This document shows, piece after piece, positions 40,011 to 51,264 of a stretch of 64,000 nucleotides of DNA. The position numbers and the translations under genes were made by a program. Source of the DNA: Chlorokybus atmophyticus (lineage: Eukaryota; Plantae; Mesostigma and Chlorokybus algae); assembly GCA_009103225.1 (NCBI GenBank), contig RHPI01003009.1:296234-360233 (forward strand). Reading direction: 5' to 3'. Each line of letters begins with the position of its first letter. Position 1 is the first letter of the stretch. Under the pieces are notes generated by a model. The model made no database searches and was not told the origin of the DNA. It worked only from the letters and a program-made list of their open reading frames with translations.

Positions 40011-41580
40011 ATGTGTGGACGTATGTTTAAATGCGAGAATGCACTTACAACTACTTGTGATAATCGTTGCATACAACAGTTGCTAATGTGGCCCCCAAAC
40101 TTGAGTTGCAATTGCTGCTGGGCTCTTGTTTTTTAAAACCCGTCGCGTAGTTTCCTATGAATTGAACAGTGACATATCATGTAGAAAAGGGTCGCTTTTT
40201 ATTCCTTATTGCATTTAAAAGAAGTATAAAAGTCGAAGCTAAGATACTTGTAGTAATGGCTTCGCAATGCATGACATGTATATATTGTGTTTGCTTCAAT
40301 ACGAGTTGACAGAATAGGCAGCAAGTATACCTTGATATGCAAAAGGTAGCGCACCAGCCTGGCAGAGTAGTTTATGCATGAAGATAATAACCATAGCGTG
40401 GCTCCTTGCTGACTCGGCAATGAAGATGTTCGATTTGTTGGGTACCTAAAGACTTGAACTTAGGTACCGATGAGCTACTGATAACATTATCAATAGCACA
40501 TCAGTACCTATCTTGTGACAGTATCTCTGCAAGATAATAGCGCTGTTAACGTACATGCGTACGACATGTACAACAAATATCATTTATGATAATTATGTAT
40601 GAATGATACAATGCAAAAATCACGTATTTAATGCAATCAACAGTAAACCATATACGGTGGTTCTTAAGTTCGAGTCATTATGCTAATGTATCATTATTAT
40701 TAACATTCATATGACTATTACCCCGCGTTAGCAACTTCAATGGTAACTTGTATGTGCACAACACGTACAGCAAATGCAGATTATGATAAGTTTACATACA
40801 CACACTCATAAAGCCCAATTCACATGTTGGTTGCATTCAGAATTGAACCATCAAGAGTTGTCAATTCTATTCACCTGTTGATTTGTGGATCAAGGAACGA
40901 ATGTTCATAAGATGTAGAAAACACATATATGCGTTTTACATCTAGATCTTTGCTGCGAACAAAGTCGGACTTCAAAGTCCATCACGCATCTCATGAGTAT
41001 CGTGCCACACTCTGTCCGCGTCAACATCGCGCAAGGCACTTTCCCTAGCGAACTTTTGTCCTCCCGCCTGCAAGCGCACGACCCTGTCAGTTAAGGACTT
41101 CTCAGACTTTTTGGGGGTCCTTTTGCCAGCCTCTGTGTGGCGATGATAAGCACATGAGATGCTGACAGGCAGCAGATCTGTCCGAGGCTCTGTACCGGCA
41201 GACGTGGCCGGTCAAGACCCGCCGTCGCAGTCTGGCAGCAGCGCAATCTCGTCTCGTGGGATCCGCCCGTCGTGCATTTGCGTTGCGTTCTATTGAGGGC
41301 TCGTGTCTATCTCTCCCGCCATTGGAGTTATCGCCAGCCTGAGCACTGCATGGCGCCACATTGAAAAGACCACGGAGAGGAAGGGCAGAAGCTTGGGAGG
41401 TTGTTAGGGCCCTGTGTGTGTTATGTTGCTATTGTTCAGGCGGTGGCCATCGCGGGGTCGCCACGCTAGCTTGGCTTCCTGTGTGTAAAGGTATAACAGG
41501 CGCAGCTCAGCTATCGGCGCCTCGTTGTTGGTGTACGTGGTGCCCGCACAGCTGTCTTTGGAGCCGTCCTCTTACGGGTC

Positions 41581-44424
41581 ATGCCAAGTGAGTGTCGCTG
41601 GCAATCCTTCGTGTAACATTCTGGGTGCTGTATTTCTGTGCTGCTTTGCGTGCTGACCGCCCTTGGCGCAGACGGTAGGAGTGCCGGGGACGTTGCCGCA
41701 CCTGCCGGAGACATGCCGTCCGCTAAGGACCGCGAGGAGGCCCGCCAACGCGCTCAGCTGGAGACCAAGGCGCGGAACGGCCGCATGGCCAAGGGCGGAC
41801 CTGGCGCCAAAGCTGAGTCCGCTGTGGACAGGGGAGAATCACTCCCTCCTCTGACCGACGAGGAGGCCCGGCTACTGGAGCAGGGCGCCCGCAAAGTGCA
41901 GCAGGAAGCTGCTGACATCCGGGAGACGCTGGTGCAAGCTGCCAATGCTGGAGCGACCGAGGATCTTCGTGTTCTTGAGGAGAGCAACTTCGAAAAGGCC
42001 AAGAAGTATGGGATCAGCCCTGGCGAGATTGCGGGGCAGGCAAACGGTGGTCAGGTACACATGATGCCCATAGTTGTTGGTGTGTGTGCACTTGGCAATC
42101 CTTTGCCAAGTGCCTTCTGTAATGTTCATGTCAGCGAGTTTATGTGCCAACGGGTTGCCGGTCACTGTTTGGGTGCAGGTGTTGCTGCATGCCTAGTTGT
42201 CTCGCGTCCATATGTGTAGACTGCGCACAGTTGTGCACCCATGTAATTGCCGTATATTTTCTGGCGGTTACACTGCAAGTGTCTGCTTTGTGCGCTGTGC
42301 GGTGCATCATATGCTCAGCTGTTGTCTGTTCCAGGGTAACTCCTAGGGCACCCTTGCTTATACGCTTCAAGTAAGCCATCAGGTGTTTAGATAGTGATTG
42401 TCATGCCATCTGGCCGGCTAAGTTGTGTAGTAGGGTGAGGTTGTAGTTGCTACTCCCAAGAGTTGTGAGTTCCTAGCTTTACATCAGATTAGCCGAGATT
42501 TAGTTAGCAAGCATGGTTAGGTCAGAAGCAGGGTAATGAGTGGTAGGAACGCTGGGTTCAGTTCTCAGCTAAACAGTGCCTTGCTGGTGGAATACTGTTT
42601 GTGACCTTGCAGATTTGTGTGACAGCCCTGCAATATGAAGTTGTGCACAAATATATATGTTACCACTGTGTTGCACCAGTGTTGGTCTGTGCCTTCCACA
42701 AAATCTTAATTTCGGTTTGTACATAGGCTGGCCAACAGAGGCAGGGGAGTTTTGAGGCAAACGCCGATCAGGTCAAGCGTTCCGCCCAGCAGCAAGCTGG
42801 GAAGGCAGTGGACTATGCACAGGTGGGTCTGTCTGTGCGGCATTGGCATTGCATTGGCTTTATGAACATCAGCCCTGCGGATGTCTGCACTGGCATTGCT
42901 TTCGTGTCATCATCCGGATTGTGCTGACGCCGCTCTATGGTCAGTCCGCAGGTCAGCAAGCATTGGGTGTAGGGTTTGCCGCTGCTGACATGGCAGGCGA
43001 GGCCAAGAACAAGGTCGGTGAGAAGGTTGGTGAGGCGCAGGCGTATGGAGCAGACAAGGCACGTCAGGCTCAGCAATATGCCCAAGGTGTCGTGGCCAGG
43101 GGCCAGGAGTATGGACAAGAAGCTTATCAGAAGGGTCAAGAGTACGCCCATGAAGCCTACGACAAGGGGCATGAAGTTGCTGATCGTGCGCGGGGAGTTG
43201 CGCAAGAGGCATATGGCAAAGGTCAAGCTGCAGTTGGTCAGGCACAGGAGTATGCCAAGGACACATACAGCAAGGGCGTTTCCGCTGCTCAACAGGTTCG
43301 CTCTGACCTTGCCAGAGCCCGCGAGGAGGCCGCCCAGGAAGTGCCCCCAATCTCTGTTTTTCAGGCAAGTCTCACAGTTTAAAATTTCTGCTCACACTGC
43401 GCCCATTGACAATGTGTTTTGCCCATTGAAACGTATGAATTGTGTTCTTAACTGTGGCCGACAGGTGGCCAAGGATGCTGCTGGACTTCTCACCGATGTA
43501 ACTACCATTCTGCGGGCAGCGGCCGAAGGTGGCACCATGGATCTAATCTATGCCTCAAGAGACCTACTGTGGCGGGCGGTGACTTGGGCACGTGGTGCCA
43601 GTGCGTCAGCAGCACACAAGGCGCAGGACCTGGCTGCCACAGCACAGGCCAAGGGTTATGAAGCTGCTGAAGCTGCGCAAACAAAGGCTTATGATATGGC
43701 TGAGTTGGCACAGACGAAGGCACATGATGCCGCTGCCATGGCCCAGGGTAAGGCACAGGATCTGTCCGTTGCTGCACAAGACGCTGCTGCATATGCGCAA
43801 GTCAAGGCCCAGGACGTGACCCACAAAGCCCAAGAGACAGGTTGGGGCTGGAGCTTTTGTTATTATGCGGCTGCAACATGATGGTAGTTACTGACAACCA
43901 GGGTCTGCCAGGATCGGGAATCATATTCACTGTGAGAGGCATCCTTGCTGCTATCCTATCAAGGGGTAAAGACTACGTTGTTGCTCAAGGTGCTGTTCAC
44001 AAGTTTAGCCGCTGGCTTGGCTCATACATTGCTTTGGTGTTTAGGTGCGGATACTGTCGACAGCACTGGGGAGCGCAGGGCGTTTGTACAGCAGAAGGGC
44101 GAGCAGTACAAGGGCCAGGCCGAAGAAGTTGTCCGCAGCGCTCAGGAAAAGGGCGAGCAGTACAAGGGTCAGGCTGAGGATGTCATCCGCAGCGCTCAGG
44201 CCAAGGGCGAGCAGTATAAGGAGCAGGCGCAGGATGTTGCAGCAGGAGTTTCGGTTGATGCACGACGTGCTGCGAATTCTGCTGCTGACCAGCTGAAGGG
44301 TTTGGTTGGTCAGGCTGCGGACACTACTGAGGGTGTGATTGAGGCTGGCAAGCAGAAGACACAGGCCACACTCGAGGCCTCCAAGCCCCGCATCCAGGAG
44401 AAGGAAGTACGCCTTACCCGTTGA
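41581..44424 (+). CDS. Large LEA group 3 (LEA_4)-like hydrophilic repeat protein, multi-exon; true start and last exon uncertain
   Basis: 11-mer periodic A/Q/K/E repeats (ARGQEYGQEAY-QKGQEYAHEAY; AQAKGYEAAEA-AQTKAYDMAEL-AQTKAHDAAAM) and three 18-aa repeats (KGEQYKGQAEEVVRSAQ-like, 54-nt period from 44092). ATG CCA A|gtgagt at 41581 splices in phase to the exon at ~41671. Confidence 0.72.
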
Positions 44425-45380
44425 GTGCCAGGTTTCTGTGGCGTTGGCTTTCATGTATACTGTGCATGTGTACCATAGGTAGTTGTTTGCTGTGCGTGTA
44501 CAGCTGTTGCGTGCGTTGTATAGGATTAGTTGTGTGCACCAAGTTGGTGCTTTGTGTAGCACTGCAGTGTTGGCCCGCAAACTCATGTAACCTGAATCAA
44601 GTCTAGCCCCTGAACGTGCTATGCCTGCTTGTGAATCACGCCGACATATATTGTGGGTCGCAATGCTATGTCAGTGGTTTTGTTGCACAGTTGGTGTAGT
44701 TGGAGTGTAGCTGCACATGCAAGCACTTGTCTGCATGCACGTTGTTACACTATGCTACACCGCAGCATTTGTTCACCTTCGAATGCATGCTGCAGCTTTA
44801 ACAACTCTACATTGCATACCACCGGCCTACTGCACCTGCCTAGCCAAGATAACCTGCATACGCAAACACCATGGTTCTTGGGTTGGTAATTTGCTATTTT
44901 TGCTTTACTGCGTGAATTGTCAGTTGCTGACGCATACACATCTGACACTTTGTGCTGACCATAGCCTTTGTGTCTGTTGGCAATGGTAGAGCGGCACTAC
45001 AATGTGGTGCATGCAAGTAGAGCAGTTCAGTTGATGCATCCTCCATCATGGTAGTATGTGCGGGATAGGTGCGAGACAATTGGCGACATGCATGACGTTA
45101 AATAGTATAGCATGCAAACACAGTTACGTACACCATCTGTGTGATCGCATGCATGCATGTGCGTGTACCATAATCATAGACGCTATGTGTAGAATATATG
45201 CCATGGTGTGCATAAGTGAACTTGAGGGCTGTCTGCGTGCAACATACGCCACGCGTTGCATGGTGTTGTAGCACGTCATATATCCTATACACACAAGCCC
45301 ACCACATACATGAGATCGCTTGTACTAACTGACCATGCCTGCTACCCACACACAACCACATACACCGACACGTGTACACG

Positions 45381-45860
45381 CTATGTCACACATGTGTCTA
45401 AGCGCCTGATGCAGCCGCTGTCGCCACCGATGCTCGCGGTCCCGTCCGCAGCGGGCTCCAGTCCGGTACCGCTGCTACCGCCACGCTTCAGCAGCGCTAG
45501 GCCCTGCAGCTGATTCAGCAGCGCCACGGCTACGCGTTGCTGAATCAGGGCCACGTACCCATCAAGGCGTTGCAACGGCAGCCCTCTCGTGTACACCGCC
45601 TGGCGTGCGCATGTCCTCAACACCTCTGCAAAAGCTGCCCCTATCTCGTGCCGTGGGTCTCCACCGCCAGCGGGAAGGATGTGTCCGCCGGTGGGGGTGA
45701 TCACTGTACTGGCGCCGTTTGCCATTCTTCGCGTCACGTGCTGCCGAACCGAGCGCGACGCCACACGCCGTGACCGTCACGTCCAACCCGGCGATCCTTC
45801 CCCGCCACCAAAGCTACGCGCCGCCCGCGCGTCTCACCAGGGCGAATCGGCTCCATGGCA
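45381..45860 (-). mobile_element. Frameshifted 3' remnant of a non-LTR retrotransposon with a restriction-like endonuclease (CRE/NeSL/R4-type)
   Basis: Three minus-strand frames reconstruct LDVTVTACGVALGSAARDAKNGKRRQY...(L/F)PLAVETHGT-IGAAFAEVLRTCARQA...LIQQRVAVALL. This follows the RLE consensus DVTV..AA..K...Y..PLAVET.G..G...L..QR.SVAL. Two or three frameshifts are needed. Confidence 0.6.
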
Positions 45861-45896
45861 TGCCGTGCAACGGAGGACATGCAGTGCAATGCAGCG

Positions 45897-45900
<4 letters not shown>

Positions 45901-45988
<88 letters not shown>
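45901..45988. repeat. (TC)44 microsatellite
   Basis: Perfect dinucleotide run seen directly. Confidence 0.98.
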
Positions 45989-45992
<4 letters not shown>

Positions 45993-47206
45993 ACACTCTC
46001 ATAGGGCTGCTAGGCTCATACACATGCAGGCGCTCTAGCCCGGTGGTCGAGTGGGTGAGTGCTTGTGGTGTTTGTGACATTGCATGTACAGATTGCCTTT
46101 TCCATCCTGTGTACACTGCCTGTCGTACGTACTACGGGCAGGGTCCCTGCTGCGCTGTGTGCTGCAGCCAGCGCCAGCGGTGCTGCTGGTGATCATGGTG
46201 CCGGGGTGGGGTTGTGCGATTGTGATGGCATTTGCAAGCTGTATTACCACTGCCTGCTTCCCATGCTCGTGCACAATGTCACGTGCTGGCCTGCACGTGC
46301 GCTGGGTCCTGCAGCATCGCCTGAGCGGTGCCGTCGCAGGTCTTCGACCAGCACCTTGACCAGCAGCACAGCGGGGCGTGCAGTACTTCAGTACACGTAG
46401 ACGTCGTTACGGAGCATTTTATGTCGCACGTGCATAGGGTGTGCGTAGTGCAGTGAGGTAGTGAGGTAGTGCTTTACATTGCGCGTAGTTATTGTACTTG
46501 GTGTTGCTGTGGGTATGGGCATATGAACGGTGTTGACCTTTGCTGGTGCTATCGTGCAGCTACTGTACAGTGTTGTTGCAGTTTCCATCCATTGTGCAAC
46601 CATTGCCTGCTTGCATGCATTGCAGCAGGGCTTGGGATCCAACATGAAATGAGCGGGGTAGAGCGCACGGGATGCGGGATGTAACCTGTGTACATGAATC
46701 AAATTGTAGTGTGTGACTGTGTGTACTAAAAGCATGTTATTGTACATTCAGTAACACCCAGTGCTTCCTTCAGGCAATTTGTAATAACAACACAACCAAG
46801 GTAGAAACACATGGGCTGGCCAAGCACGAGGCTTCAGTTTTTGAGCACGGTTTAATCACACAACAGGTGCCAGGCTCCACGTAACCAACCCGTTTCTTTG
46901 AACGTGCACAATGTGCAACAGTTACAACAAACATTGCCTCCATACATCCTGCGCGTTTCACAGCACTGGACACCTAGCAGAGCTACGGCCGCTTGATAAC
47001 CAACAAGGGTAAGATTTTTGTGGCAAGCGTTCCGACGACCATGCTCTCAGAGTTGTAAAGTTCTACGACTGAGATATGACTCGCTCGCATGTGCATGCGG
47101 AGCAGAGTGGGCAGAGCAAGCCAGCCATGTGCCTGCACCAGGCCGTATGTACGAGGCGCAATGGCCATGATGGGTGTGACCCGTCTTGCGAGCTTGAGTT
47201 TGTTAG

Positions 47207-49644
47207 CTACCTTCTGTTCAGCACTGCTATGGTTTCCACATGCGGGGTATGAGGAAACATATCTATCGCACGGAGGCTTGCCAGCTTGTAGTTGCCTTCG
47301 GTGCTACCATCCTGATGCAAGCCAACATAGTACAACTCAGCAGACAAGCACAAGTCGACCCTGTGCTCAACAACAAGCACCAACAAAGAAGACTGCATGA
47401 AATACAGCCTACCTTGTTGAGGCCACAGAGAGTGGCCACATCCCGCGCCTGCGTGGCTGGGTTACACGACACGTACACAATCCTGTGAGCACCGCACTCA
47501 GCCAAGAAGCTGAGCAGTTTTGGGGTCATGCCGGGTCGGTTGGGATCCGCGATGACAATATCCGGGACGGGGACCTCAGTGCCAATCTCCGCGGCAACCT
47601 TGGCAAGATCCGCGACACGAAACTCCGCATTGGTAATGTTGTTGCGATTGGCGTTGCGCTGCGCGTCCGCCACGGCTGAGGGAACAATCTCATACCCGTA
47701 CACGCGCGCACAACGCGACGCCATCGACAGGCCGATTGTGCCCGTACCGCAGAACAAGTCCAATAACACTTCCCCGCCTTTGAGCTCGCATGCTTGCTCG
47801 ACCAAAGAGTAGAGCACGTCCGCTTGAACCGTGTTGGTTTGGAAGAAAGAGTTGGCCGACACTTCGAAGCGCAAACCCCTCAACGTCTCCGTGATGTAAG
47901 CGCTGCCGTGCTCGACGAACTCCTCCTCGCCCATGGCCACACCCGAGAGGGTAGACGTAGTGTTGTTGACGATGCTCGTGACGGTGGGGAAGCGTGTGGC
48001 AATCCCCTTAGCGAGGGCGCCGACGGCTGGGGCGTCGCGGTACGCTGTAACGATGTTGACCATGTGTTGCGGGGCGTTGTTGTTGCGGGCGTCGCTGCCT
48101 CGCCTAATCATGAGGTGGCGGAGGAACCCCGTGTGCTCGCGGGCGTCGTATGCAGGGTAGCGTGCGGGCTGCGAGCGCGTGTACTCTTCCACAAAGCTGA
48201 ATATCCCGTTGGCCACATCATCCTGCAGCAAACACCTGGTACATGTGTGTATGCGCATGACATACATCTACACCATACTCACCATGTATGCGCTTACAAG
48301 GTGTCCGTGTGTACAGGCATGTGGTGATCGTGCGTGTGCAAACATTATGTCGTGTTCACACTCAACGCTTACTTGGATATTGGGAGGATGCGGTCAAACC
48401 TCCCCGGCGCATGCAAACCCAACGCAAACCCGCGCTCTGACGTCCCGCTCCCGCCCTCTTCTTTGCTCCGCTTGGGCGGTGGCTTCTCCGTCCATGCGGA
48501 GGTCCCGAAAGAAAACTCCATCTTGTTGCGGTAGGCGTATATCCTCTCCCCGCAGCCAACTGTCGGGAGCATGACATCCTTGATGATGTTGGCATCAAAC
48601 CCGCCCATGCGCGTGAAGAGGTCCCTAACTTGCGTCTCCTTGTGGGCGAGCTGCGCAGCGTAAGCAAGGTTCTGCAGGCGGCAGCCCCCGCAGGGACCAA
48701 AGTGCGGGCACGGCGGGTCCACAATGTCAGCGTGAGGAGTGAGGCTTTGCAGCTTGTAAGCCTCTGCGTGCGAGGAAGAGCGCTTGAGTATTCGTGCGAT
48801 TAGACGCTCCCCCGGCAATGCCCTCTCGCACAGCACCACCATCCCACTGTCGCCGCTGCCGTTGTCGCCCATGTCCGCGGGAATGCGGCAGACACCCTGA
48901 TGTACACAGGCACGCGCATAAGCGTTAGTCACTTTCCGGCAATTTGCTTAAGCAACAGCATGCAACAGTATGCAAGGAACGAGTAAGGTTGCGTGTGCTA
49001 TGCAGCTGTAGCTCTCTGTACCCTGAAGTTATGCAGCAAGCTCGATTACCCATGAGTGTGAAGTACTAGAAGAATGTGATGGTCTACCTGTGCTGCTTTG
49101 CACATGCTTGCGCCAGCCATCACAACATGCCTAGACGAGTCCTCCACAGCACATACTGAACAGTGCAGTGCACACACCAAGCAAGCTTGTGCAGAACAAC
49201 ACGCCTCATTGGTGATTATTGCGCAGGCAGTTGTCATTGCCAATTGATAATTGTTGATTCGTTCAAGTGCAGTCAGTTTGAAAACATCCATATTGCCGCA
49301 TTGAGATTGGCATGAACAACCTTGGCTCCGTAGGCAAGTCCCTCGCAGACGAGCTCAACGTCAGCCCCCTTGCGCAGCACACGCTTAGCAACCTCGCCTC
49401 CGCCTCCTCCTCCTTCTCCTCCTCCTCGACTCCTATCCCGCTGGCTGCTGGTTTTCACACTCTCCTCATCCTGCACCACCGCCTCCGCCGCAGTAAGGCG
49501 CAGACTCCTGCTGCTGCCTGAGCGCGCACCCGCGCCAGCATTGCGTCCGCCGGCGGCGGCGGATAGCAGCCGGCGCGCCTGCACCCTCACCAGCAGCGCC
49601 CTGGACCCCAGCTGCACGCACAACCCCACCCTCGCCGCCGCCAT
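47207..49644 (-). CDS. TRAM-domain RNA (uracil-5-)-methyltransferase, TrmA/RumA(RlmD) family, probably organelle-targeted, multi-exon
   Basis: TRAM start VELVCEGLAYGAKGVC, Fe-S motif CPHFGPCGGC, YRNKMEFSFG, SANSFFQTN, LLDLFCGTGTIG (SAM binding), DPNRPG, catalytic YVSCNPATQARD, and DMFPHTPHVE. Ala/Arg-rich N-terminus from ATG 49644; stop TAG at 47207. Confidence 0.93.
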
Positions 49645-49852
49645 CCCCGCCGCCGCCACCACCGCGTCAAGGCTTTGGCCCAAACCTGCCTTGATGAGTA
49701 GGTTCGGTTCTGAATGAGGGTTTTGGGTCCTGGACCTAGCTTAATGAACCCTTGTTGAACTTTTGTAGGGACCCAAACAGGTGAGTGTCAGTGTTGCTGG
49801 CGGTGTTGTCGTCGTGGGCGGTGGTGGCTGCGGAGGAGAAAGGGGAAGAGTC

Positions 49853-51179
49853 ATGGTGGTGCAAGAGCATGTCGCTGGTGAGCATGCTGGGAAGCTGGCG
49901 ACGGTGACGCCGCCCCTGGGCGAGTCGGCCAAAGCGGTGGTGCTGTGGGCGGCGTTGTTCTACGTGGTGTACAGGGCGGCAAGCTGGGCGGGAGCGGAGA
50001 GGGTGGCGGTGTCGTCGAGGGCAGGGTTGAACAAGCTGACGGCAGCTGAGCGCAAATCTCTGCGCTACCAGGTGGCCTCGCGCGCGGCGGCGCTGGCCCA
50101 CGTGGCCGCCGCCCTGCCCCTGGCCGCCGGTGTCCTGCTGGGCGACCCCTCGCTGCGGGCCGACCGCCTGTTCGCCACGTCGCCAGCGTCATACGCGGCG
50201 CTGCAGGTGAGCGCCGGCTACTTCCTCTACGACCTCCTCCAGTGCGTCACCCATGTCAAGGAGGAGGGTGTCCCCTTTGTCATCCACGCTCTCGCCTGCT
50301 TCCTCCTCTTTGCCTATGGCGCCGCCCGTCCCTTCTGGTCAGTCAGTTGCATTTACACGGTGCTTGTTGTTTCGTTGCAGTACTGGTTGCAAGCATGCAG
50401 TGTGTGCTATGACATTCTGATTGAGTGTGGGCTGGCTGTGTTGTGTGCTTGTCATGGTGTTGATGTTGAGCTAGTCTGGCAAAGCACTAGCATGCGTTGC
50501 AAGCCTCCCATGTGTGCAACAAAGCATGATGTTGGTTTGCTGCTTTCAGTCATGCTTACGGAGCTGCTTTTGTCTTCACCTGGGAGTTCACGACGCCGTT
50601 CGTGCATGCGCGCTGGCTCATGCACACGCGCGGCGAGACCAAGTCCCGGGCATATCTATTCAACGCCATGGCCATGATGCTCGCGTTCTTCCTCGCCCGC
50701 AACGTCACTGGCCTCTTCGTACGTATGCACACAGCATGCTTGTTTATGAAGGAGTCATGTATTACAGGATGCTGATGGTTGGCCTCCTCCGTGCACACAG
50801 CTATCAGTGGACTTTTGGCGCACAGCCAATGCGGCCATGAGCACTGGAGACCCGAGAGCACCTCCCAACTTTGCCCTGATTGCTGGGTGAGCGTGCACCC
50901 GTAAGTTTGTTATGGTGTTCAGCAGCGTCACTGACACTGCTTCATGCGGTTGCAGGGTGTTCAAGGTTGCCAACATCGCGCTGAATGGGCTCAATGCTAT
51001 GTGGATGTCCAAAATGGTGCGTGTCATTTGTGCGAGCATGTGACGATGCCAGGTGCAACCCTACCACATCGCATTGGCAACTTACAGCAGTCTCGTCACA
51101 AGTTGACAGCCATTCGTGTGGTCAGGTGCGAGGAGCTATCAAGTTGGCAACGAATGCAAAGTCCAAGAAAACCTCATGA
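49853..51179 (+). CDS. TLC (TRAM/LAG1/CLN8)-domain membrane protein, TMEM56/TLCD4-like, multi-exon
   Basis: VSAGYFLYDLL, FVIHALAC, WEFTTPFVHARW and AFFLARNV are TLC-domain motifs; several hydrophobic helices. Ends KSKKTS* at 51179. Confidence 0.85.
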
Positions 51180-51264
51180 CACACACAAGTAGCACACATG
51201 CTTCCTGAGCCCAATATGATGCAGCTGCAAAGCAAATTTGCTTCACTTAAGCACAGCGCGGTTA

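Noticed and set aside
40441-40468. 9-bp inverted repeat GGTACCTAA/TTAGGTACC
   Set aside because: A single short stem in AT-rich DNA, with no target duplication or associated structure; compatible with chance.
45734-45994. ORF with an ER-repeat, and SL-repeat ORFs on the opposite strand
   Set aside because: Translations of the (TC)n microsatellite.
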